A stretch of DNA of 59,734 nucleotides. Source: a bacterium (GTDB lineage: Bacteria; Patescibacteriota; Microgenomatia; UBA1406; GWC2-37-13). Shown here piece after piece: positions 43,112-51,639 of the stretch (position 1 is its first letter; each line of letters starts with the position of its first letter). The notes under the pieces were generated by a model. It was not told the origin of the DNA, did no database searches, and saw nothing but the letters and a program-made list of their open reading frames with translations. The DNA lies in the NCBI GenBank assembly GCA_021787635.1, contig JAJYLO010000001.1, positions 1 to 59,734 on the forward strand, given 5' to 3'. The position numbers and the translations under genes are program-made.

Positions 43112-43885
43112 ATGGGGTCATTACCGAATTCAGAAATTGTTTTATTAAAAAACACTTCCCATCCAGACGCGGTTAAAAACTACATGAAAGCAGGCTTAAA
43201 TGAGACAATCGCGCGCCAGCAGGCTTATAAAGACTTAAGAACAGGACGGCTGGAAAGGGATATAAAAAACAAAAACCAAGAATTGGATAAGGCTAGTGAA
43301 ATGGTAAAAAAATATCAGGTATTAAGCATGATCGATACGCTCACCGGATTGCCCAACCGACGGGCACTGGATGGTGACCCCAACCTTAATCCGCCTTACA
43401 CTGGTGAACTGATCAGAATCTTTAGTCACGCGAAAAGATACAGTGAGCCGGTTACTGCCATAATGCTTGATATAGATTTATTCAAGCGAATTAACGATAC
43501 ATATGGTCATAAGATCGGTGATGAAGTGCTTAGGGTGGTTGGTAAGATAATTTTAGGGAGTATCCGCGGTGGTGATTTTGCCTGCCGCTATGGCGGAGAA
43601 GAATTCATAATGCTTCTGCCGAAAACCAATCATGAAGAAGCAGTAAACCTGGCGGAAAGACTTAGACTGAAGGTAGCCAAAGCGGCTGAATTGGAAAGAT
43701 ATCCGGTTACAGTCAGCATCGGTGCTGCTGATTACCCCAATTTTCATCACCCGGAAGTCGCTGACTCGGCGGCATTGGTCGGTGCGGCTGACAAATGCCT
43801 TTATGAGGCAAAAAAAGAAGGCCGCAATCGGATAGTGTCTATTAACGGGACTCGGCCGAAAGTATATCCCATTAATCCTACATAA
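43112..43885 (+). CDS. GGDEF-domain diguanylate cyclase (no recognisable sensor domain)
   Basis: DTLTGLPNRRAL..DIDLFKRINDTYGHKIGDEVL..RYGGEEFIMLLP..ADKCLYEAKKEGRNR. Confidence 0.85.
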   Translation: MGSLPNSEIVLLKNTSHPDAVKNYMKAGLNETIARQQAYKDLRTGRLERDIKNKNQELDKASEMVKKYQVLSMIDTLTGLPNRRALDGDPNLNPPYTGELIRIFSHAKRYSEPVTAIMLDIDLFKRINDTYGHKIGDEVLRVVGKIILGSIRGGDFACRYGGEEFIMLLPKTNHEEAVNLAERLRLKVAKAAELERYPVTVSIGAADYPNFHHPEVADSAALVGAADKCLYEAKKEGRNRIVSINGTRPKVYPINPT

Positions 43886-43909
43886 AATAACTACAGGATA
43901 AAATACCTC

Positions 43910-43938
43910 TTGACAAATAAAATAATATACGCTACAGT
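43910..43938 (+). promoter_or_regulatory. Promoter TTGACA-17-TACAGT, 8 nt before ATG 43947
   Basis: cctcttgaca aataaaataatatacgc tacagt gatattat ATG. Confidence 0.55.
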
Positions 43939-43946
43939 GATATTAT

Positions 43947-44111
43947 ATGGAAAAATATTATAAGATAGAAAATTCTCAGATTAAACCCAATTTAAATATT
44001 AATTTGCTTTATTCTTTAATCTTAGTTCTTACTTCTAATCCCGGCCAGCTGGATGTTAAAAGTTCTCATAAATCTTATGGTAAGGCAATGCCCTCTCTTG
44101 CCGGAAACTAA
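43947..44111 (+). CDS. Possible 54-aa small membrane protein (below the ORF-track cut-off)
   Basis: My translation is MEKYYKIENSQIKPNLNINLLYSLILVLTSNPGQLDVKSSHKSYGKAMPSLAGN*. The ATG sits 8 nt after a TTGACA-17-TACAGT promoter. A terminator-like hairpin lies downstream. Confidence 0.3.
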   Translation: MEKYYKIENSQIKPNLNINLLYSLILVLTSNPGQLDVKSSHKSYGKAMPSLAGN

Positions 44112-44170
44112 TCTGCCGGAAGGCATGTGGAATGGCTAAGAGAGAAATATTTACGTTCGTTATTATTTAT

Positions 44171-44216
44171 GCGCAGCCGAGTCCAAAGACATTTCTGCGG
44201 GCTCGGCGCGTTTTTT
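44171..44216 (+). terminator. Intrinsic-terminator-like hairpin + T-run
   Basis: cgcAgccgag ..20 nt.. ctcggcgcg ttttt. Confidence 0.45.
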
Positions 44217-44226
44217 GTTGTTGAAT

Positions 44227-44258
44227 ATTAACTCTTCAACGATCGTATAAGAGCTATA
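44227..44258. promoter_or_regulatory. Palindromic element, copy 5
   Basis: attaactcttca acgatcgt ataagagctata. 23 of 24 nt identical to copy 1 over aactcttcaacgatcgtataaKag. Lies just 3' of acs. Confidence 0.55.
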
Positions 44259-44266
44259 AGATTAAT

Positions 44267-46162
44267 TTATTGCTCCAATGTGGATGTATCACCGAGGGGT
44301 TGGCCCAGCTCCTGGGCTTTTAGTACCCGTCTCATTATCTTCCCCGACCGGGTTTTCGGCAGTTTGTCGATAAAGACGATTTCATCGGGGGTGGCAATCG
44401 GGCCAATGAGCGTCCGGACTTGTTTTTTCAATTCTTCTTTGAGCGTATCGGTTGGTTGTTGGCCATGCTTGAGAATGACAAATGCCTTGATTGATTCGCC
44501 TTTGATTTCATGTGGTTTGCCGATGACGGCCGCTTCAGCGACAGCCGGGTGGGCGACAAAAGCGCTTTCGAGCTCCGCCGAACCGAGTCGATGGCCGGAA
44601 ACCTTGATGACGTCGTCATTGCGGCCGACGATCCAAAAATAGCCGTCCTTGTCTTTTTTGGCGCTATCTCCGGTAAAATATAAGAAATTACTGAAGCTCG
44701 CCTCATTATTTTTGTTTATATTTAGCGCTTCGTTCTCAAAATATGTTTCCAAATATTTTTTTGGGTTTTTATAAACATCCATTAGCATCGATGGCCAAGG
44801 GGTTTTGATGACCAAATATCCCTGGGTATCGACCGGTACCGGTTTACCGTTGGCATCGACGACATCGGCCTCAACTCCAAAAAACGGTTTATTACAGCTT
44901 CCCGGTTTTAAGGGTGAAGACGGCAGAGGTGTTAACATGAACATGCCGGTCTCCGTCTGCCACCAGGTATCGATAAGAGGACATTGTTCACGCCCGATCG
45001 TTTTATAATACCAAAGCCAAGCTTCAGGATTGATTGGTTCGCCAACGCTACCTAAAATTTTTAGGGAAGACAAATCGTATTTTTTCGGCCATTCGTCACC
45101 GTAACGCATCAGCGAACGGATGGCCGTTGGGGCAGTATAAAATTTCGTCACTTTGTATTTTTCCACCAGCGACCACCATTTACCCCGGTCGGGATAGTCA
45201 GGAACGCTTTCATAAACAAACGTCGTGATTCCGTTTAGCAGCGGACCGTACACAATATAACTATGACCGGTAATCCAGCCGGCGTCGGCGGTACAGAACC
45301 AAATGTCATCAGACCGTATGTCAAAAACCCATTTCAAGGTCAAATAAGTACCGACTTGGTAGCCGCCATGGCTGTGGATGACGCCTTTCGGTTTACCGGT
45401 GCTGCCGGACGTATAAAGAATGAAAAGGGGATCGGTCGCCTCCATAATTTCGGTGGAACAGATAGTATCCTGCTTTGTTATTAATTCATCCCACCAGATA
45501 TCGCGACCGGGATTCGTGGTGATTTGGTTGCCTGCCCGTTTGGCGATGATAACATGTTCAACTTGTGGCAAATCTTTAATCGCCTCATCGACATTTTTTT
45601 TGCACTCAATCACTTTGTCTTTATACGGATATCCATCAGCACAGATGACGGTTTTGGCTTCGGCGTCGATAATCCGATTTTTCAGGGCTTCAATGGAAAA
45701 ACCGGAAAAAACAACCGAGTGGACCAAGCCGATTTTGGCGCAGGCGAGCATGGCGATTATTTGCTCCATAATACGCGGTAAATAAATGCTGACTTTGTCG
45801 CCTTTTTTCAGACCTAAAGATTTTAGGCCATTAGCCAGGCGGCAGACCTCTTCGTTTAATTGCCGGTAAGTGTATTTTCGGACCGTTCCGTCCTGCCCCT
45901 CCCAGATATAAGCTAGTTTGTCAGCGATAGGCGTTTTCTGATACCGATCTAAAGCGTTGTAGACGATATTGGTCTGGCCGCCGACAAACCAGCGGGCATA
46001 AGGATAATCCCAGGCAATGACTTTATTCCATAGTTTAAACCACGAGAGTTCTTTAGCAATATTGGCCCAGAAGGCTTCCGGATCTTCTTTAACCTGGGCA
46101 TACAATTTTTCGTAATCGGGGACGTAGGATTCTTCAATTGTTTTCTCAGAAGGGAAAATCAT
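44267..46162 (-). CDS. acs: Acetyl-coenzyme A synthetase (AMP-forming)
   Basis: 631 aa; LFILYTSGSTGKPKGVIHSHGGY, WWQTETG, SGHRLGSAELESA, LPKTRSGKIMRR. Confidence 0.95.
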   Translation of the reverse strand: MIFPSEKTIEESYVPDYEKLYAQVKEDPEAFWANIAKELSWFKLWNKVIAWDYPYARWFVGGQTNIVYNALDRYQKTPIADKLAYIWEGQDGTVRKYTYRQLNEEVCRLANGLKSLGLKKGDKVSIYLPRIMEQIIAMLACAKIGLVHSVVFSGFSIEALKNRIIDAEAKTVICADGYPYKDKVIECKKNVDEAIKDLPQVEHVIIAKRAGNQITTNPGRDIWWDELITKQDTICSTEIMEATDPLFILYTSGSTGKPKGVIHSHGGYQVGTYLTLKWVFDIRSDDIWFCTADAGWITGHSYIVYGPLLNGITTFVYESVPDYPDRGKWWSLVEKYKVTKFYTAPTAIRSLMRYGDEWPKKYDLSSLKILGSVGEPINPEAWLWYYKTIGREQCPLIDTWWQTETGMFMLTPLPSSPLKPGSCNKPFFGVEADVVDANGKPVPVDTQGYLVIKTPWPSMLMDVYKNPKKYLETYFENEALNINKNNEASFSNFLYFTGDSAKKDKDGYFWIVGRNDDVIKVSGHRLGSAELESAFVAHPAVAEAAVIGKPHEIKGESIKAFVILKHGQQPTDTLKEELKKQVRTLIGPIATPDEIVFIDKLPKTRSGKIMRRVLKAQELGQPLGDTSTLEQ

Positions 46163-46378
46163 ATTTTATTTTAGGAACTCTTTCGTTTATAGTCAAGGCG
46201 TTTTTTTACATTGATTTTGCCGGTTTTTATGATACGCTTTCTTTTATGAAAACCAATTTGTTTACAGTTGAATATTATCGCCCGGCCTAAACGGCGGGAT
46301 GTTTTTTTGGAAAAAGACCAGCCGATACAGGATACGACTCTTAATGAATTATTGTAAAGATTCAGTATAATAAAACTT

Positions 46379-47482
46379 ATGAGCAATTTAAGCCTTGAGG
46401 AACGGTTAAATTTGATCAAGGAGGTCGGGGAGGAGATTGTCACCGAAAATGAACTGCGAGCTTTATTGGAAAGCGGTAAACCACTAATTGCTTATGACGG
46501 CTTTGAGCCTTCGGGCCAAATCCATATTGCTCAAGGGTTACTGCGGGCCATTAATATTAACCGGATGACGCAGGCCGGCATCCATTTCAAAATGTGGGTG
46601 GCCGACTGGCACGCGATGGCCAACAACAAAATGGGCGGCGATCTGGAAAGAATCAAAACAGTTGGCCACTATTTTATTGAAGTCTGGAAAGCCTGCGGTA
46701 TGGATATGAGCCACGTCGAATTTTTGTGGGCGTCGGACATGGCCAAAAATCCCAATTACTGGAAATTGGTCGTCCAGGTCGGCCGGACAAATGTTTTAAA
46801 AAGATTTATCCGCACGGCGGAAATGATGGGTCGGGAAGAATCGCTGGATAATCTAACCGGTGCCAATATTATTTACTCCTGTATGCAGGTGGCCGACATT
46901 TTCATGCTGAAAGCCAATATTACCCAGCTGGGGATGGACCAGCGCAAACTAAACATGCTCGCCCGGGAAGTCGGGCCGCAACTCGGGTTTTGGAAACCGG
47001 TAGTGGTCAGTCATCACATGCTTATGGGGCTTGGTAAGCCGCCGCCGACTAACGGGGATAAAGTTGCCCGGACGATCGCCATGAAGATGTCCAAATCCAA
47101 TCCGGATAATGCGATATTCATGACGGATACCCATGAGGATATCAAACGGAAAATTACCAAAGCCTATTGTCCGGAAGGCCAGGCGACGGAAAATCCGGTG
47201 CTCGAATATTGTAAATACATTATTTTCCCGCTGCTGCCGCGGTTGGGGATGGAGCAGGTGGTGGTCAACCGGCCGGAAAAATTCGGCGGGCCGGTCATCC
47301 TCAATTCCTATACCAATCTGGAAAAATTATTTGCCGAAAAACAAATTCATCCGCTTGATCTGAAAAATACCGTTATTCCATTGCTTGATAAATTAATTTC
47401 TCCGGTGCGGGAGTATTTTACCAATAATTTATTTGCTCGTGATCTTTTGCGGAAAGTTCAGTCGTACCAAGTAACACGGTGA
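46379..47482 (+). CDS. tyrS: Tyrosyl-tRNA synthetase, archaeal/eukaryotic type
   Basis: AYDGFEPSGQIHIAQG, KMSKSNPDNAIFM, KITKAYCPEG..NRPEKFGGPVILNSYTNLEKLFAEKQIHPLDLKN. It runs closely parallel to the Methanocaldococcus-type TyrRS as I remember it. Confidence 0.85.
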   Translation: MSNLSLEERLNLIKEVGEEIVTENELRALLESGKPLIAYDGFEPSGQIHIAQGLLRAININRMTQAGIHFKMWVADWHAMANNKMGGDLERIKTVGHYFIEVWKACGMDMSHVEFLWASDMAKNPNYWKLVVQVGRTNVLKRFIRTAEMMGREESLDNLTGANIIYSCMQVADIFMLKANITQLGMDQRKLNMLAREVGPQLGFWKPVVVSHHMLMGLGKPPPTNGDKVARTIAMKMSKSNPDNAIFMTDTHEDIKRKITKAYCPEGQATENPVLEYCKYIIFPLLPRLGMEQVVVNRPEKFGGPVILNSYTNLEKLFAEKQIHPLDLKNTVIPLLDKLISPVREYFTNNLFARDLLRKVQSYQVTR

Positions 47483-47489
47483 ACCGCGG

Positions 47490-47518
47490 TTGACATTCGG
47501 GACAGATTATCATATACT
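47490..47518 (+). promoter_or_regulatory. Promoter TTGACA-17-TATACT with a ~105-nt 5' UTR before the RRM gene
   Basis: ttgaca ttcgggacagattatca tatact. Confidence 0.6.
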
Positions 47519-47629
47519 GGAAAAATTATCTGTTTTCGCTACGGCGCTTTTATCGAGTGAGTTTACGTTTTTTTTCCGGGAAAATCTTCGTAATCAGCAT
47601 TCTTTTTCAACAGAGGGGAGGTGATCTTC

Positions 47630-47932
47630 ATGAATAAAAAACTTTATGTCGGCAATTTTTTGTACGAAGTCAATGACGATGATTTGAAGGAGCTTTTCAT
47701 GCAGGCCGGTAATGTCGTTACCGCCACTGTCATTCGTTTCCGTGACTCCGGTCGATCAAAAGGCTTTGGGTTTGTGGAAATGGAAGATGAAGCCGGTGCC
47801 CAAAAGGCGATCGACATGTTCAACCAGCAGGATTACAAAGGCCGGAAACTGGTTGTGTCGGAAGCCCGACCGCCGCGGCCGAGGAATGAAATGGGAGGCG
47901 GCAATCAGGGTGGAGGCGCGCCACAGAGTTGA
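47630..47932 (+). CDS. RRM (RNP-1) RNA-binding protein with a Gly-rich tail
   Basis: KLYVGNFLYEV (RNP-2), KGFGFVEM (RNP-1). GGGGAGG lies 8 nt upstream of ATG 47630; the track begins at GTG 47621. Confidence 0.9.
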   Translation: MNKKLYVGNFLYEVNDDDLKELFMQAGNVVTATVIRFRDSGRSKGFGFVEMEDEAGAQKAIDMFNQQDYKGRKLVVSEARPPRPRNEMGGGNQGGGAPQS

Positions 47933-47958
47933 TCCGCCTTCGTTAAAACTACGGCGGA
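47933..47958. repeat. Hairpin element tccgcc-N14-ggcgga immediately 3' of the RRM gene stop
   Basis: tccgccttcgttaaaactacggcgga. Same element as in rplA, here non-coding. Confidence 0.7.
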
Positions 47959-47965
47959 CGAAGAA

Positions 47966-47999
47966 GGCATTCGCGAGTTTTTCGGGAGTGCCTTTTTTT
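47966..47999. terminator. Hairpin + T7 between the convergent RRM gene and tgt
   Basis: ggcattcgcgag tttt tcgggagtgcc ttttttt. Confidence 0.5.
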
Positions 48000-49194
48000 A
48001 TGGATAAAATTTTAGGTATTTTTCTTTTAATTCAAAAAATTTATCGGTGGCAATTGCTTCGCGGATATTTTTCATCAGATCGGAATAAAATTGGATGTTG
48101 TGGGCGGTGGCAAGATAATAAGCACGCGGGTCTTTAAGAAAAAATAAATTGTTTAATTGTTGAATTGTTAAATTATTGGAGCACATTTGGCAGCGGCAAT
48201 TCTTATCAGCCACTTCATTGACGGTTTTATATTTACGAACGTTAATTTTGCCTTTGGTGGTGTATAGGATGCGATGGCGGGCTTCGCGCGTCGGGATGAC
48301 GCAATCGAAAAGATCGACACCCCGAACGACTGATTCGAAAATATCGCGTACTTGGCCAATGCCCAATAAATGTTTCGGCTTTTCTTCCGGTAAAAGGGGA
48401 ATCGTCCAGTCAAGCACGTCCTTGACTTCATCTTTGGTTGTTCCCAAAGCGCCGCCGATACCAAAACCCAATACCAGCTGTTTGGCCATAAATTTGGCTG
48501 ATTCACGTCGCAGATCTTCGAACATGCCTCCTTGAACGATGGCGAAAAGAGCCTGCTGTCGGTTAGATGATGGAGAGGATTGTCGATCATTTATGATCGA
48601 TGATCTATAATCTATTGCGCTAAGGCATCTTTCCAGCCACCGGTGCGTTCGTTCCATTGCTTTTTTTGTGTATTCATGGCTGTTTAGCGGCGACGTGCAT
48701 TCATCGAAAGCAAAAATAATATCGGCGCCCAATCGCTTTTGGATGGCAATCGATAATTCAGGAGTAAACATAATTAGTTTCTCGTCATAACTAAACATGA
48801 CTCCCTTTTCGGTGATTTGCAGCAAATTATCATGATCGCGGGTGATTGTCGGTTCTTTCGAGGCGATTTTACCGACCTGGTGGATTTTACCAAAGCCCAA
48901 AGAAAATACCTGAAAGCCGCCGCTGTCGGTGGCAGTAACATTTTTATATTCCATATAATCATTCACTCCGCCGGCCTGTTCAATCGCCGGTACCAATCCT
49001 TTGGTAAATGTATGGAAGGTGTTCGTGATGGTGTATTGAATTGTCAATTTATTAATTGACTTTTTGGGAATTGCCCGAATTTCCGCATCGGTCGCGACAA
49101 ACGCCAACTCCGGCGTCAGCAACTTGCCATGCGGTGTCTTAAAAACTCCCGTCCGGGCATTTTTATTTTTATGGAGAATATTGAATTCAAACAT
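47998..49194 (-). CDS. tgt: tRNA-guanine transglycosylase (queuine tRNA-ribosyltransferase)
   Basis: MFEFNILHKNKNARTGVFKTPHGKLLTPELAFVAT..; DSGGFQVFSL; LFAIVQGG; LGIG; DCVIPTREARH; CRCQMC. The start is set at ATG 49194; the longer track ORF would overlap nadE. Confidence 0.9.
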   Translation of the reverse strand: MFEFNILHKNKNARTGVFKTPHGKLLTPELAFVATDAEIRAIPKKSINKLTIQYTITNTFHTFTKGLVPAIEQAGGVNDYMEYKNVTATDSGGFQVFSLGFGKIHQVGKIASKEPTITRDHDNLLQITEKGVMFSYDEKLIMFTPELSIAIQKRLGADIIFAFDECTSPLNSHEYTKKAMERTHRWLERCLSAIDYRSSIINDRQSSPSSNRQQALFAIVQGGMFEDLRRESAKFMAKQLVLGFGIGGALGTTKDEVKDVLDWTIPLLPEEKPKHLLGIGQVRDIFESVVRGVDLFDCVIPTREARHRILYTTKGKINVRKYKTVNEVADKNCRCQMCSNNLTIQQLNNLFFLKDPRAYYLATAHNIQFYSDLMKNIREAIATDKFFELKEKYLKFYP

Positions 49195-49234
49195 ATGAAA
49201 GTTAATTATATACGGTAAAAGCTCGGTATTGACA

Positions 49235-50071
49235 TTAATTTTTCCTTGTCTTATTCTGGAGCGATGTCGAAAGACATAATAAACTATCACGGTTTCTTGA
49301 GACATAAGGAAATCGCCTCCAGACTACTTTCGGCGAAGAGTCAATAGTATAAGGAACTTCATGTTTAAAAGCATTTGCTTTCATTAAGGCTAAAATTTTT
49401 TCGGCATTTTTTCGTCCAAAGGGCGATATCTTCTTATCATGGTACAAGTGAAGAACTTCATCCGCCTCTTCATAAGTGAAACCGAATTCGCCTTCGTCGG
49501 TTTGGCGGGGCCAGAGGCCGGCGGTCGGCTTTTGGCGGATTATTTTTTCCGGTACGCCCAAATATTTGGCCAACTGGTAAACCTGGGTTTTGTACAGGTG
49601 AACAATCGGTTCAATATCCGAGGCGGCATCGCCGAAACGGGTGAAATATCCCAGTAAATGTTCGGTTTTATTTTCCGTGCCGACGACCAGGGCGTTATTT
49701 TTTTTGGCCAGGTCAAAAAGGATAATCATCCGGACGCGGGCCATGATATTGCCGCGAGAAATTATATCCCATTTGGGAAAGCTCGATATATCTTTGCTTT
49801 CCCTTAAAACATTTAAAATTTCATCGACGATTGTTTTTGTGGAAATTACTTTTGCTTCAGGAAAGGGCGATTTCATATTGAAATACGGCATACTGACGCC
49901 GATGATATTTTTTTCCGGCAACGCTTTTTTCAACAGATAATAAGCGGTGGTGGAGTCAACGCCGCCGGAAAGGCCGATAACCGCCTTGTCGATATCTTGC
50001 TCTTTAAAGGTTTGTTTAAGGAAACGGATAATACGGATGGTTTCGATTTTAGGGTCGATGGAGATTAGCAT
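49235..50071 (-). CDS. nadE: NH3-dependent NAD+ synthetase
   Basis: KAVIGLSGGVDSTTAYYL (PP-loop); GTENKTEHLLGYFTRFGD. Confidence 0.9.
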   Translation of the reverse strand: MLISIDPKIETIRIIRFLKQTFKEQDIDKAVIGLSGGVDSTTAYYLLKKALPEKNIIGVSMPYFNMKSPFPEAKVISTKTIVDEILNVLRESKDISSFPKWDIISRGNIMARVRMIILFDLAKKNNALVVGTENKTEHLLGYFTRFGDAASDIEPIVHLYKTQVYQLAKYLGVPEKIIRQKPTAGLWPRQTDEGEFGFTYEEADEVLHLYHDKKISPFGRKNAEKILALMKANAFKHEVPYTIDSSPKVVWRRFPYVSRNRDSLLCLSTSLQNKTRKN

Positions 50072-50107
50072 ATTTTTCTTTAAATCACAATATTATATAA
50101 TCATCAC

Positions 50108-50614
50108 ATGCAAAAATACAGCACCGGTTTGCTCATCGGTCGCTTCCAGCCTTTCCATAACGGTCATTTGTGGCTGATCAAGCATGCATTGAAATTTGTT
50201 GATAAATTAGTAATCGGTATCGGTAGTGCCAATGTCCAGGATAAAAATAACCCGCTGGGTTGTGAGGAAAGAAAAAAAATGGCGGAAGAAGTCATTGTCC
50301 ACGAAAATTTAAGCGACCAGATCAGTAAAATCGTTCCTCTCGATGATTTTCATGATGACGAAAAATGGTTTCAAAATACATTGCGGCAAACCGGGCCGAT
50401 CGATGCCGTTATCGGTAATAACGAGTGGGTGAATGACATTTTCGAAAAACAAGGATATCCGATTTTGCGGGTGGGGTATTATAAAAGATACATACTGGAG
50501 GGAGAGAAGATACGGCAATTAATAAAAGAAAATAAACCATGGGAAAACCGAATTCCCAATTATTTATTACGGATTACTAATTACGAATTAAAAAAGAAAA
50601 TCCGCAATCCGTAA
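50108..50614 (+). CDS. Nicotinamide-nucleotide adenylyltransferase, archaeal (NadM) type
   Basis: GLLIGRFQPFHNGHLWLIKHAL..VIGIGSAN. The C-terminal 15 aa are encoded by a hairpin repeat. Confidence 0.8.
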   Translation: MQKYSTGLLIGRFQPFHNGHLWLIKHALKFVDKLVIGIGSANVQDKNNPLGCEERKKMAEEVIVHENLSDQISKIVPLDDFHDDEKWFQNTLRQTGPIDAVIGNNEWVNDIFEKQGYPILRVGYYKRYILEGEKIRQLIKENKPWENRIPNYLLRITNYELKKKIRNP

Positions 50615-50636
50615 TTCGCAATCGGAAAATTGCAAT

Positions 50637-51623
50637 ATGCATAATCATGTAATATTAGGCGGTACCTTTGACCATTTCCATAAAGGTCATCAAGCGCTTA
50701 TTGACAAAGCGTTAGCGGTCGGAAAAAAAGTATCAATCGGCATCGCCGGAGAAAATTTGTACAAAAATAAGTTCTTAGCGGAGTCGATCGAGCCATACGA
50801 AATTAGATACGGTTCTGTCCGTCATTATTTGCAACAAAAAGGAGCGCTGGGACAAGTAAAATTAACGCCGATCAGTAATATTTTCGGTTCGTCAATTGCC
50901 AACCCGGCCGTTGATGCCGTTATTGCCTCTAGACAAACATATCAAAATACATTATTAGTCAATCAAAAGCGGTCGGAAAATGGTTTGCGCGAGCTCAAAA
51001 TCATTATTGTCGATAACGTTTTGGCGGCCGACGGAAAATTGCTGTCATCGGAAAGAATCCGGACGGGAGAAATTGACCGGGAAGGAAACTTGTATGTGAA
51101 TATTTTCCGTGAAAATTTAAATTTACCGGATAATTTACGGGAGGAATTACGAAAGCCGCTGGGAAAAGTGTTTTCCGATGTAGTGGCGTTTCGTGAAGCG
51201 CCCGCAAAATCAATAATGATAATTACTGTTGGCGATATTGTTTCCCGGTCGCTCGAAGAGGAGGGAATAACGCCGGACGTGAAGATTGTGGATTTTCGAT
51301 CTAGAAGAAAAGATTTACTCGAAGTATCCCGGGTCGTACGAAATAGGCCTCGGCGCAATTCGCAGATTACTAATCATCCCGGAACAATTAATAAATTAGC
51401 TTCCGAAAGTATCCAGATAGCAATTAAAAATTTTCTAAAATTGTACGAAAAACAGACTATTGTCATTGACGGCGAAGAAGATTTGCTGGCCTTACCGGCA
51501 ATTTTATTGGCACCGTTGAATTCGTTGGTTCTTTACGGTCATTTCGAGTTGGGTATTATCGCGGTAACGGTGACGGAGGAGGAGAAGGCGGAGGTGAAAA
51601 AGCTTGTCGGTAGGTTTATTTGA
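50637..51623 (+). CDS. Fusion protein: archaeal/eukaryotic-type phosphopantetheine adenylyltransferase + DUF359 (archaeal GTP-dependent dephospho-CoA kinase family)
   Basis: N-part VILGGTFDHFHKGHQALIDKAL. C-part ITVGDIVSRSLEEEGITPDVKIVDFRSRR..IVIDGEEDLLALPAILLAPLNSLVLYGHFELGIIAV (DUF359 signature). Confidence 0.7.
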   Translation: MHNHVILGGTFDHFHKGHQALIDKALAVGKKVSIGIAGENLYKNKFLAESIEPYEIRYGSVRHYLQQKGALGQVKLTPISNIFGSSIANPAVDAVIASRQTYQNTLLVNQKRSENGLRELKIIIVDNVLAADGKLLSSERIRTGEIDREGNLYVNIFRENLNLPDNLREELRKPLGKVFSDVVAFREAPAKSIMIITVGDIVSRSLEEEGITPDVKIVDFRSRRKDLLEVSRVVRNRPRRNSQITNHPGTINKLASESIQIAIKNFLKLYEKQTIVIDGEEDLLALPAILLAPLNSLVLYGHFELGIIAVTVTEEEKAEVKKLVGRFI

Positions 51624-51639
51624 ATGTATAATATACTCT

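Noticed and set aside
43112-43885. GGDEF protein as part of a novel signalling or defence system
   Set aside because: It is a single ordinary-looking diguanylate cyclase with an intact GGEEF site. No adjacent effector, EAL/HD-GYP or CBASS-like genes are present, so nothing beyond the annotation is supported.
46163-46378. T-box or other leader upstream of tyrS (hairpin cccgGcc-taaac-ggcggg followed by T7 at 46281-46308)
   Set aside because: The spacer is short and lacks the conserved T-box sequence or a specifier-loop architecture that I could recognise. It is kept only as a possible attenuator-like hairpin. ORF 46171..46443(-) overlapping it looks spurious.
47712-48137. 141-aa ORF overlapping the RRM gene and the tgt 3' end
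   Set aside because: It is out of frame with the RRM gene, which has clear RNP-1/RNP-2 motifs, and it crosses a terminator-like hairpin.
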